A program made the position numbers and the translations under genes. The notes beneath the pieces were generated by a model that was given only the letters and a program-made list of their open reading frames with translations, had not been told where the DNA came from and made no database searches. 64,000 nucleotides of DNA from an uncultured Gammaproteobacteria bacterium (GTDB taxonomy: Bacteria; Patescibacteriota; Microgenomatia; UBA12405; JAHJSD01), in contig CAYRYE010000001.1 in assembly GCA_964428655.1 (NCBI GenBank), positions 73,328 to 137,327 on the forward strand. The letters are read 5' to 3'. This document shows, piece by piece, positions 55,763 through 64,000 of this stretch; the stretch's first letter is position 1, and the number at the start of each line of letters is the position of its first letter.

Positions 55763-57124
55763 ATGGCGAAGAAAGAGAGTTTGTCTAAATCCAAAAAAGA
55801 GCGGTTTATAAATATCATTGGGGGTTTATTGAACAACCGCAAGAGAGTCGCAGTTTTCCTGGTTTTACTATTAATTGTAGGTTTTGCTGGGTGGAAAGTT
55901 TTGGGCAATAAACAGCAGGAGCCGCAGTACCAAACGGCGCAGGTAGAAAAAGGAACACTTGTTGTTTCAATATCAGCTTCAGGAACAATATCGTCTGCAA
56001 ATAGTATAGACGTAACGACTAAAGCTGGTGGTACTGTGACTCAAGTTTACGTTGAAGATGGAGACACTGTTACAAAGGGTCAAAAATTAGCTGAAATCGA
56101 TTTAGATGATGAAGCAAAAGAAAGGCAAGCAGCAAGTTGGGTAAGTTATCTTAACGCTCTTGAAGGTATTAAGACGGCCGAGGCGGAGAAGATAACCGCC
56201 GACATTGAGATGTGGGAGGAGCGACAGGCCATCTTTAATGCCATAGATGATATTGATTACAAAAACAACAACAGCACAAATCCTGATACTGGGGAAGAGT
56301 ACTCTGACTCAGAGAGAATAATAATCGACAAAACCTTGGAAGAGGCTCAAAAGACTTTTGCGGCCTTGGAGCTTAAATACAAAAATGCGGACGCTGATAT
56401 AGTTTATGCCAAGACAAAAATAGCCTCTTCATTGAGTTCTTATCAGCAACTATCATCCACAATTGCCGCCCCTGCCTCTGGAAAATTAACTAACTTTAGC
56501 CTTTCGCCAGGGGTTTATATACAATCTTCTTCAACTACAAGCAGTGAGACTGGGGCTGTAACAATATCTTCACAAAAAATCGGAGTTATTAAAAGCCCTG
56601 AAGGCAGACTCCAAGCAACCATTAACTTATCAGAAATAGACGTTATCAAAGTTAAGCCTGGCCAAAAATCGACTTTAACGATTGACGCTTATCCTGATAA
56701 AACATTCACAGGCTCGGTACTTTCCGTAGATACCAGTGGCAAAGTTAGCTCAGGTGTCACTACATACACAATTATCATCTTGTTAGACTCAACTACCATA
56801 GACATCTATCCGAATATGGCGGTGAACGCAAATATCATTCTCGATTCAAAAAGCGATATTTTATTAGTTCCTTTAAACGCAATTCAGTCACAAAATGGAC
56901 AAGCAACAGTTCGTGTCATGCAAAATGGACAGGTGGAAAATATTCCAATTAAGACAGGGCTTTCTTCGGATACCCAGACAGAAATTGTCTCTGGAATAGC
57001 TGAAGGAGACGAGATAATTACTAATATTATTACCCCAACTGCCCCAAGTAGTGGCTCTCAAACAACAGGCACTTCACCATTTGGAGGAGCTGGTGCGGGT
57101 GGCATGTTGAGGATGGGTCGTTAG
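55763..57124 (+). CDS. efflux transporter periplasmic adaptor subunit (HlyD/MacA family)
   Basis: N-terminal TM, biotinyl/lipoyl-like domain, a long Ser/Thr-rich coiled region, and a beta-barrel C-terminus. Confidence 0.75.
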   Translation: MAKKESLSKSKKERFINIIGGLLNNRKRVAVFLVLLLIVGFAGWKVLGNKQQEPQYQTAQVEKGTLVVSISASGTISSANSIDVTTKAGGTVTQVYVEDGDTVTKGQKLAEIDLDDEAKERQAASWVSYLNALEGIKTAEAEKITADIEMWEERQAIFNAIDDIDYKNNNSTNPDTGEEYSDSERIIIDKTLEEAQKTFAALELKYKNADADIVYAKTKIASSLSSYQQLSSTIAAPASGKLTNFSLSPGVYIQSSSTTSSETGAVTISSQKIGVIKSPEGRLQATINLSEIDVIKVKPGQKSTLTIDAYPDKTFTGSVLSVDTSGKVSSGVTTYTIIILLDSTTIDIYPNMAVNANIILDSKSDILLVPLNAIQSQNGQATVRVMQNGQVENIPIKTGLSSDTQTEIVSGIAEGDEIITNIITPTAPSSGSQTTGTSPFGGAGAGGMLRMGR

Positions 57125-57135
57125 CTAACCACAAT

Positions 57136-57849
57136 ATGATAATTAAGATTTCTCATATCTCCAAAATATATAAAACAGGAGAGATAGAAGTTAAAGCCTT
57201 GGATGATGTATCTTTTGAGGTTAAAAAGAGTGAGTTTGTGGCCATCATGGGCCCATCAGGTTCGGGCAAATCCACTCTGATGCATCTTTTGGGAGCGCTT
57301 GATAAACCCACGAAAGGTAACTATTTTTTGGATGGGGATAATGTGGGCAAGCTTGATGATGACGAACTGGCTGAGATTAGAAATAAAAAAGTTGGTTTTG
57401 TTTTTCAGGCATACAATTTGTTACCTCGAACCACAGCTTTGAAAAATGTCATGGTGCCGATGATTTATGGAGATACTTCAAGAGAGGGAAGAATAAAAAA
57501 GGCCAAGAAATATCTTCAGATGGTGGGTTTAGGTGACAGACTTTATCACACCTCTAGTCAATTATCAGGAGGAGAGCAACAGAGGGTAGCGATTGCTAGA
57601 GCCCTTTCTATGAACCCGAGTATTTTACTGGCTGATGAGCCAACTGGCAATATTGCTACCAAACAAGCCGTGGAAATTATGGGAATTTTCCAGGACTTAA
57701 ATGAACAAGGACACACAATAGTGATGATTACTCATGAGAAAGAGATTGCTGAATATGCCAAACGAACAATCCATCTAAGAGATGGACAGATAGTAATAGA
57801 TAAGGAGAATGGCAATCAGCGTTTATTAAAAACCCATAAAGGGAAATAG
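57136..57849 (+). CDS. ABC transporter ATP-binding protein (MacB/LolD-like)
   Basis: Walker A GPSGSGKST, signature LSGGEQQRVAIARAL, Walker B LLADEPTGN. Confidence 0.9.
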   Translation: MIIKISHISKIYKTGEIEVKALDDVSFEVKKSEFVAIMGPSGSGKSTLMHLLGALDKPTKGNYFLDGDNVGKLDDDELAEIRNKKVGFVFQAYNLLPRTTALKNVMVPMIYGDTSREGRIKKAKKYLQMVGLGDRLYHTSSQLSGGEQQRVAIARALSMNPSILLADEPTGNIATKQAVEIMGIFQDLNEQGHTIVMITHEKEIAEYAKRTIHLRDGQIVIDKENGNQRLLKTHKGK

Positions 57850-57851
57850 TC

Positions 57852-59075
57852 ATGGATTACAAAGAACTAGTTTTAGAAAGTTTTAGCACTCTTGCCTTGA
57901 ATAAAGTCAGAACTGGTTTGGCCATGTTGGGAGTAGTAATTGGCATTGGCAGTGTGATTACTTTGGTTTCTTTGGGTCAGGCGAGCCAGCGTTCAATCGA
58001 AGAGCAGATAAAAACTTTGGGTTCAAACTTATTGACGGTGTCGCCAGGAGCACAAAGAAGCGGTGGAGTTCGTGGGGCAGCAGGAGGGGGTCAAACTTTG
58101 ACTTATGATGATGCCAAGGCCATTATCACTTCTCTACAGATTACCACTGTTAAAAAAGTTTCTCCCGAATATTCTGGTCGGGAGCAGATAGTGGCTGGGC
58201 GCAACAATACTAATACTCAAGTAGTGGGGGTAACTCCAGAATATACAGAGGTGAGAAACGTAGGCGTGTCGTCAGGTTTTTTTATTAGCCAGCAGAATCT
58301 TGATGGCATGTCTAAAGTGGCTGTATTGGGACCTCAAACTGCGGTAGATTTGTTTGGAGAAGGAGTTGACCCCGTTGGTAAAGATATAAGAATAAAAGGA
58401 TTGACTTTTAGAGTTGTGGGGACAACAGTCAGTAAAGGTGGAAGCGGTTTTATGAATCAAGATGATAGAGTATATGTACCTTTGACGACAGCTCAAAAAC
58501 AATTGTTTGGCGTTGGTTATCTAAGTTCAATTTCTATTGAAGTTGTGAATCAAGATGTTATGGTTGAGGCTCAAAACCAAGTAGGATACTTATTACTTGA
58601 CAGACATAAATTGAATGACCCAGCACAAGCAGATTTTTCGATTATGTCTCAAGCAGATATTATAGGGACTGCCACTGAGGTGACTGGTACATTTACCACT
58701 CTTTTATCAGGAATAGCTGCTATATCATTGATAGTTGGTGGCATTGGCATTATGAATATTATGTTGGTAACTGTGACGGAAAGGACTAGGGAAATTGGTT
58801 TGAGAAAAGCTCTGGGAGCCAAGAAAAGGGTTGTTAACGCCCAGTTTTTACTGGAAGCGGTGATGGTAACCTTTGTTGGCGGATTGATTGGAATAGTTTT
58901 AGGGGTGAGTGTGGCTTATGTGCTTTCCCACTCTATGGGGTTGCCGTTTGCGCTTTCAGCCCCATCTATCCTTTTGGCTTTTGGGGTATCAGCGGCTATA
59001 GGAGTTTTATTCGGCTGGTACCCAGCTCAAAAAGCGGCGAATCTACAACCAATTGAAGCGTTAAGATATGAATAA
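57852..59075 (+). CDS. ABC transporter permease (FtsX/MacB-type)
   Basis: N-terminal TM, large periplasmic domain, and a C-terminal 3-TM FtsX-like region. Confidence 0.8.
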   Translation: MDYKELVLESFSTLALNKVRTGLAMLGVVIGIGSVITLVSLGQASQRSIEEQIKTLGSNLLTVSPGAQRSGGVRGAAGGGQTLTYDDAKAIITSLQITTVKKVSPEYSGREQIVAGRNNTNTQVVGVTPEYTEVRNVGVSSGFFISQQNLDGMSKVAVLGPQTAVDLFGEGVDPVGKDIRIKGLTFRVVGTTVSKGGSGFMNQDDRVYVPLTTAQKQLFGVGYLSSISIEVVNQDVMVEAQNQVGYLLLDRHKLNDPAQADFSIMSQADIIGTATEVTGTFTTLLSGIAAISLIVGGIGIMNIMLVTVTERTREIGLRKALGAKKRVVNAQFLLEAVMVTFVGGLIGIVLGVSVAYVLSHSMGLPFALSAPSILLAFGVSAAIGVLFGWYPAQKAANLQPIEALRYE

Positions 59076-59101
59076 ACAAAAACAAAGGAGGTGAATAGGT
59101 T

Positions 59102-59530
59102 ATGAAACAATCAAACTATATTATTATCGTTGTATTATTGATTCTTATTGGCGCAGGCTTTTTTTATGGTGGAATGAAATATCAACAAGGTAAGCAACCC
59201 TCAAGAGCTGATTTTCAACCTAGAGCAGAAATGAGACAACAAAATTTACCAGCTGGGGCTCAGCAACGAATGGGAGCAGGAACAGTTAGGGGAGAAATAA
59301 TCAGCCGAGATGAAACAAGCATTACTGTTAAACTACCTGATGGTAGCAGTAAAATTGTGTTGATTTCAGAAAGTGCGAAGATAAATAAGGCAATTGAAGC
59401 TACGGTTGATGATTTGGAAACTGGTGAACAAGTGATGGTTATTGGACAGGTAAATTCTGATGGAAGTATAACGGCACAAAATATTCAATTAAGCCCTGAG
59501 CCTAGAGGAATACCCAATAGGGAATCTTAG
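59102..59530 (+). CDS. hypothetical secreted/anchored protein
   Basis: Signal anchor followed by a small beta-rich domain. Its RBS (AGGAGG) is placed correctly. Confidence 0.5.
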   Translation: MKQSNYIIIVVLLILIGAGFFYGGMKYQQGKQPSRADFQPRAEMRQQNLPAGAQQRMGAGTVRGEIISRDETSITVKLPDGSSKIVLISESAKINKAIEATVDDLETGEQVMVIGQVNSDGSITAQNIQLSPEPRGIPNRES

Positions 59531-59881
59531 AAGCGCAGAAAGCAGCATTTCACTTTATGATAAGTAAACTAAGTAGTCAAAACTAGGCGAGGCTTCACTT
59601 TTGCGATTTCTTTTCTCAAATCCTGCACCAGCTTAAAGTCCTGAAAGACTTGAATTATCTGATTAAATTGCTTGTTTATATTAAGGTTACGCCCCTCGAA
59701 CAAGAAAGGACAGAGCCAAACCAATTTTTTCTGACGAAAAGGAGCTAGGCAGTGGAAGCATAAAGGTTTTCTCTAACTATGATTCTGCCGAGAAAAAGAG
59801 CAGCTAAATGATAGAGGAATTCTTGAGGGGCCAATTTTTCTTGGCTTCTTTAGTTTGGTAAAATAGAAGAAAAATCTAACA

Positions 59882-60313
59882 ATGATAGTTGTAGTATTTT
59901 GGGCTTTAGTAGGAACTTTTGTTTTAGTAGTGAGTCAACTTTTCATTCCGGCAATTGGAGAGTTGTTCAAAGGCTCGCTTCTTTTTTTGTTGCCATTTGC
60001 TATATTCTCTTTACTAGGTGCAGTGTTAACATTTTTGACACTGAGGAAGAAAGTAAAAGGCAAGCTTAGAAAATTTCTAATTTTAACAGGAGTTTCGGCA
60101 ACAGGATTCTTTATTAGTGTTTTGCTGCATAATTTCTTTTATGCTTTAGGAGTAATAGCTAGCCGTATTATTATATTAAAATATTTGATGGAATTTTTTC
60201 ATGGAGCATTTTTCATTATTGCAATCTTCGTTTGCCCAATTGGGTTTTTGATTGGTGCTGTGAGAAGCGGGATACTGTTTATCAAGGAAACCCAGGGGAA
60301 CTGGAGAAAATAA
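59882..60313 (+). CDS. hypothetical membrane protein (4 TM)
   Basis: 143 aa, strongly hydrophobic. Confidence 0.45.
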   Translation: MIVVVFWALVGTFVLVVSQLFIPAIGELFKGSLLFLLPFAIFSLLGAVLTFLTLRKKVKGKLRKFLILTGVSATGFFISVLLHNFFYALGVIASRIIILKYLMEFFHGAFFIIAIFVCPIGFLIGAVRSGILFIKETQGNWRK

Positions 60314-60431
60314 CTGCCTATTTCCTTTTTTTAAAATTTTTGTTAATATCTGTCTTGTTAATGTTTATAAGTGGTTTTTCTTTTGGTCTCCTGTTGGTCT
60401 CCAAAGAAATTTCTACAATCCAAAAAAGGGG

Positions 60432-60695
60432 GTGAATAAATTGAATACTAAACTTTACGTTGGTAATTTAGACTATACTGTTACTGGGGATCAGCTAGGC
60501 GAATTGTTTGCTCAAGCTGGCAAGGTATTAAGCGCTGTTGTTATTAGTGATAAATACTCTGGTCGGTCAAAAGGATTTGGTTTTGTTGAAATGGGTGATG
60601 AAAAAGAAGGAGCAAAGGCAATTGAGATGTTTAACGAAAAAGATTTTCAAGGACGAAAGATGATCGTTAATGAGGCTCGACCACAGAAGACATAA
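60432..60695 (+). CDS. RRM-type RNA-binding protein
   Basis: RNP-2 LYVGNL and RNP-1 KGFGFVEM. 87 aa. Confidence 0.8.
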   Translation: MNKLNTKLYVGNLDYTVTGDQLGELFAQAGKVLSAVVISDKYSGRSKGFGFVEMGDEKEGAKAIEMFNEKDFQGRKMIVNEARPQKT

Positions 60696-60871
60696 AATCG
60701 ATTATTCCGAACTTTTGTAGTATAAGTATAAGAGAGCTTAAAAATTCCTAAGTTTAATAGGGGCTTTTGTGCCAGAGTTGGTTTGTTTATTTACTGGCCC
60801 AGGAGAGAGGCAGCCGTTATTCATTTTATTGGTTTTTTAATTAGTGTAGTAGATGAGGAGGTGAAGGAGAA

Positions 60872-60973
60872 ATGGCAAAAAAGAAAAAGGGGTGGCTTTG
60901 GGGTTTAGTAGGAGTGGTGGCAGCTGTTCTAGCGGCAATTGGTTTAATAAAGAAAAAGAAATCAGAGGAATAG
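60872..60973 (+). CDS. small membrane protein (33 aa) MAKKKKGWLWGLVGVVAAVLAAIGLIKKKKSEE
   Basis: GAGGAGG RBS 8 nt upstream. Single TM helix flanked by Lys runs. Not in the ORF track (under 60 aa). Confidence 0.35.
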   Translation: MAKKKKGWLWGLVGVVAAVLAAIGLIKKKKSEE

Positions 60974-60994
60974 AGGAAAATTAGATTTAATTTT

Positions 60995-61789
60995 ATGCTA
61001 AATCAATTAATTTTGGGCTCCATCCAAGGTATGTTTGAGTGGCTGCCGGTAAGCTCAGAAGGGTTATTGGTTTTAACCAGTATTCACTTTTTTAATCAGG
61101 GTCAGGCATTAAAAGATATTGCCCGGGAAGCGTTGTTTCTTCATTTTGGTACATTTTTAGCGGCCTTAGTTTACTTTCGTAAAGACATAGTCAAGCTTTT
61201 TAAATGTTTGTTTCACTATAAGACTGATAAGACCGAGACTAAGAATATTCTTCAGTTTCTTATCTTGACCAGTTTCATTACTGGTGCAATTGGACTCCTA
61301 AGCCTTAGGTTTATAGACAGTATTGAAAAACAGATTAATGTTACCGGTAAGGTTGTTACTGTTAGTATTGGTCTATTGCTTTTGGGAACAGGCTGGATAC
61401 AAATTAAAACTAAGCGGAATGGGCGCAGAACAATGAAAGATTTAAAAATTACTGATGGTATTTTTTTGGGACTTGTTCAAGGTTTGGCAACTCTGCCTGG
61501 CTTTTCAAGATCAGGCCTAACTATTTCCGTTTTACTTTTAAGAAAATTTAATGATCACTTGGCTCTAAAACTTAGTTTTCTAATGAGCTTGCCGGTTGTT
61601 TTTATTGGCAACATTGTTTTGAATCTAGGTTACTTTTCGCCCAATTCCGGACTTTTATTGGGTTTGCTAACTTCTTTTGTTTTTGGCCTGGCCACGATTC
61701 ATTTTTTGCTTTCCCTGGCCCGAAAAATTAATTTCGGCTATTTTGTTTTGTTATTTGGTTTACTGACAATTATTTCGACTTTGATTTGA
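60995..61789 (+). CDS. uppP: undecaprenyl-diphosphate phosphatase
   Basis: BacA family motifs: the N-terminal SEGLL region and SRSGLTISVLLL. Confidence 0.85.
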   Translation: MLNQLILGSIQGMFEWLPVSSEGLLVLTSIHFFNQGQALKDIAREALFLHFGTFLAALVYFRKDIVKLFKCLFHYKTDKTETKNILQFLILTSFITGAIGLLSLRFIDSIEKQINVTGKVVTVSIGLLLLGTGWIQIKTKRNGRRTMKDLKITDGIFLGLVQGLATLPGFSRSGLTISVLLLRKFNDHLALKLSFLMSLPVVFIGNIVLNLGYFSPNSGLLLGLLTSFVFGLATIHFLLSLARKINFGYFVLLFGLLTIISTLI

Positions 61790-62364
61790 ATTCTAAAATG
61801 ACTGATTTTTATGAGCTTGAAATTTGTGGATTAAAAAGGAAATTGCCAATTAAAGCGATTGGTAAAAGGACTAAACTGGCAAATTTTAATATTTTGGGTG
61901 ATGTGGAGTTGGTAAAAAAATTAGCTGATGCTTTAGTAGAAAGATTAAAAAAATACCAATTTGATTATTTAGTTGGGCCAGAGGTTAAAGTTGTTCCTCT
62001 GCTTTATGAATTGGCTAAGAAGTTGGACCATCAACAATACGTAGTTTGTCGGAAAACTATTAAACCATACATGGTCTCACCAGTAGTTTTAAAACCTCTT
62101 TCTTATTTTCCTAAGCATATTAAATCACTAGTGATTGATGGGCGTGATCGACAATTACTTAGTGATAAAAAAGTGGCTATTGTTGATGATGTGGTTTCAA
62201 CTGGAGTAACCATGCGGATGATGAAAAAATTAATGGAAAGAATTGGTGCAAAAGTTGTGGTTTGCGCGGCAGTGATTCGTCAGGGAGAAAAACAGTTTGA
62301 TGAAATAAAAAACTTTATTTATTTAGCTACATTGCCAATTTTCAAGGATCTTTCTGAAAGATAA
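61786..62364 (+). CDS. phosphoribosyltransferase-family protein
   Basis: Type I PRTase PRPP-binding motif VAIVDDVVSTGVTM. Its start overlaps the uppP stop. Confidence 0.65.
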   Translation: MNSKMTDFYELEICGLKRKLPIKAIGKRTKLANFNILGDVELVKKLADALVERLKKYQFDYLVGPEVKVVPLLYELAKKLDHQQYVVCRKTIKPYMVSPVVLKPLSYFPKHIKSLVIDGRDRQLLSDKKVAIVDDVVSTGVTMRMMKKLMERIGAKVVVCAAVIRQGEKQFDEIKNFIYLATLPIFKDLSER

Positions 62365-62520
62365 AAGAGTGAAATTAACCCTTGACAGTAGACTAAAAGG
62401 GCCTTATAGTGAAAGTAGTTAGACAGCGTAGTACCTCAAAAGAGCTGGAGGTAAAATATATGAATCAGAGCTCTAAAAAAAGATTAATTAAGGATATTTT
62501 TGTTTTTGCAAATAATGATG

Positions 62521-62546
62521 CCCGAGGTTCGGCCTCGGGTTTTTTA
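62521..62546 (+). terminator. intrinsic terminator
   Basis: GCCCGAGG-TTCGG-CCTCGGG followed by TTTTTT. Confidence 0.75.
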
Positions 62547-62869
62547 ATGGAGTTTTTTAGACCATCTCAAACTACTTTTGCGTATTTTGGAGATGGATAA
62601 TTAAAAAAAGGGAGAGACCCAACGCGAAGAAACTAGAATCAAGGGCGATTCAATATTTCTTATGGCGTTTTTACATCTCTCCCAGGGTTTATTTTACCAC
62701 ATTCGTGGTAAGGCACCTTGAAATATCGATAGTTCCAAAATTGCAAACAGAATGTTGAGGAAGTAAATTACTGCTGGGCAGTTTTTTAGGGCCAAGTTTT
62801 GGCTTTAGAAAGCTGCCTAGCAGGGACAGCATTTCTGAACAGACAACCTAAACCAAGGAGGAAAATCAA

Positions 62870-63895
62870 ATGTTACGCTTTAACGTGCGGTACCTAATCG
62901 GCATCCTGGTCGTTGCGGTCTTGCTGGCTGGCTGCGGGCTAGCGTCTGGGCCTTACGCAGTTTCGATCGTGCTCCAGTGGCTCCCGAATGTCGAATTCTC
63001 CGGGCTTTGGTGGGGTATTGAGCATGGAGATTTCGAGCAGAACGGCGTTGTGATTGATGACTACCTTCCCTGGGCGCCTGGAGTGGATCCGATGATTTTG
63101 GTCGCCTCTGGTGAGTATGAGTTTGGCGTTAACGACGGCGCGGCTGTGGTGATCGCCCGAAGTCGTGGATTGCCACTCAAGTGCGTCTATGCATCGTTCC
63201 AAATGACGCCTTTCGGCTTTGCTACACTTCAGGATCGACCCGATGGTAGACAGCTCACCCGTATGGAGGACTTGGGTGGTCTCATCGTCGGCTACCAAAG
63301 TCACGAGCTGTATCTTCTCGAGCATATGCTGGCCGAAGCAGGTATGACCTTGGAGGATGTCACCCCGGTCGAGGTCGGCTTTGATCCGACGCTGCTCGTG
63401 GTCGGCGAAGTGGACGCGTTTCTGGTCTACAAGAGCAACGAACCCATCTCGTTGCACCTTCATGGCGTTGAGACCTACATCATCGACGCTGCCGACTACG
63501 GCTTTGACTTCTACGGCGGATGCTTGTTCACCACCGACAAAATGATCGAAGAGCATCCTGAGGTGGTTCGCGGCTTTGTCCAGGCCTTCCGCGATGGCTG
63601 GGTTTACGCCAACGAGCATCCTTTCGAGACGGTCGACATGGTCATCGGGAAATACTTTACAGCCGAAAGCGCTGACCCAGTTGCTCGGTTGAATCATGCT
63701 GTTCACCAGCAGGGGGAAATGCTAGTTTTCCAGCAACAGTCGCAAGGGGATCTAGCGTCGCTGGACGAGTTGGGTAGCATGACCGCTGAGCGGTGGCAAC
63801 GCGGCATTGACATTCTCTACGAACAAGGCCAGATTGATTCCCGGCCGGATGTCAGTGTTCTATTCACCAACGAATTTCTGGAACTGGAACAATAG
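62870..63895 (+). CDS. ABC transporter substrate-binding lipoprotein, NMT1/SsuA/THI5-like. Compositionally foreign (about 58% GC)
   Basis: Lipobox LLAGC. NMT1-like periplasmic binding fold. GC content far above the window average. RBS AAGGAGG upstream. Confidence 0.75.
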   Translation: MLRFNVRYLIGILVVAVLLAGCGLASGPYAVSIVLQWLPNVEFSGLWWGIEHGDFEQNGVVIDDYLPWAPGVDPMILVASGEYEFGVNDGAAVVIARSRGLPLKCVYASFQMTPFGFATLQDRPDGRQLTRMEDLGGLIVGYQSHELYLLEHMLAEAGMTLEDVTPVEVGFDPTLLVVGEVDAFLVYKSNEPISLHLHGVETYIIDAADYGFDFYGGCLFTTDKMIEEHPEVVRGFVQAFRDGWVYANEHPFETVDMVIGKYFTAESADPVARLNHAVHQQGEMLVFQQQSQGDLASLDELGSMTAERWQRGIDILYEQGQIDSRPDVSVLFTNEFLELEQ

Positions 63896-63969
63896 AGTCA
63901 ACGTCTGTTTCTGTTGAGGATAGCATGTTCCTGCTAGGCGGCTATCCTAAAACCTGATAGGAGGAAACG

Positions 63970-64000
63970 ATGAGTAAAAAGAAAAAAAATAATGGTGTTC
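63970..64000 (+). CDS. start of an unidentified gene (MSKKKKNNGV..., truncated by window end)
   Basis: GGAGG RBS 6 nt upstream of the ATG. Only 10 codons are visible. Confidence 0.3.
   Translation, partial: MSKKKKNNGV

Noticed and set aside
62600-62869. TPP riboswitch upstream of the NMT1/THI5-like binding protein
   Set aside because: None of the thi-box core elements (CUGAGA, ACCUGAUCUGGAUAAUGCCAGCG) is present. Only generic short hairpins occur.
62939-63706. 255-aa minus-strand ORF
   Set aside because: It is an antisense shadow of the 58%-GC binding-protein gene. High GC suppresses stop codons in all frames.
1-64000. CRISPR arrays, rRNA genes, tmRNA and RNase P RNA
   Set aside because: No regularly spaced direct repeats, no rRNA-like conserved blocks, no tRNA-like 3' end with an alanine tag frame, and no GGAAAGUCCGGGCUCC / ACAGAAACCCGGCUUA RNase P signatures were found.

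Overview
This is a 64 kb window from a low-GC (about 38%) bacterium with a small compact genome. TGA is used as a stop codon, so the genetic code is standard. The gene content resembles a Candidate Phyla Radiation (CPR)-like lineage: an archaeal-type triose-phosphate isomerase, two paralogous class A penicillin-binding proteins (PBPs), a LAGLIDADG homing endonuclease, and many small hypothetical genes.

Housekeeping content: a 3' fragment of groEL, a DJ-1/PfpI protein, class II fructose-bisphosphate aldolase, a PfkB kinase, a beta-lactamase-fold hydrolase, two PBP1A paralogs flanking a Nudix gene, dnaG-rpoD-thpR, trpS, tpiA-pgk, an NRAMP-like transporter, an AstE/AspA-family protein, a DEAD-box helicase, an OmpR/histidine-kinase pair with a MacAB-like efflux module, an RRM protein, uppP and a PRTase. 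I find six tRNAs: Ser-GCU, Arg-CCG, Ser-CGA, Trp-CCA, Asn-GUU, and none others.

The most interesting region is a block of about 14 kb or more to the right of tRNA-Asn. A large serine recombinase overlaps the tRNA 3' end. It is followed by a minimal topo VI-A/Spo11-like ('Mini-A') protein, an excisionase-like HTH protein expressed from a near-consensus promoter (TTGACT/TATAAT) as a leaderless mRNA, and an 8-gene translationally coupled type I R-M operon. That operon has a HEPN-like gene and an unknown gene nested between hsdM and hsdS, a Shedu-like DUF4263 nuclease between hsdS and hsdR, and a zinc-ribbon protein plus a Cas4-like Fe-S nuclease after hsdR.

Other notable observations:
- A Trp T-box-like leader (GGUGGUACCG plus a terminator) lies directly upstream of tRNA-Trp, a 464-aa unknown protein and trpS.
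- A LAGLIDADG endonuclease gene sits between two tRNAs and overlaps one of them.
- An ArsR / thioredoxin / DUF318-permease / CxxC / CcdA redox cassette is present.
- A 150-bp duplicated gene 3' module flanks a 2-gene insert, and one copy is separated from a membrane-protein ORF only by an in-frame TAG.
- A tiny poly-lysine ORF with a strong RBS and terminator precedes the two-component system.
- Several ORF-poor stretches of 0.4-1.5 kb could be structured RNAs.
- A single gene of about 58% GC near the right end looks horizontally acquired.

No rRNA, CRISPR array, tmRNA or RNase P RNA was recognised.
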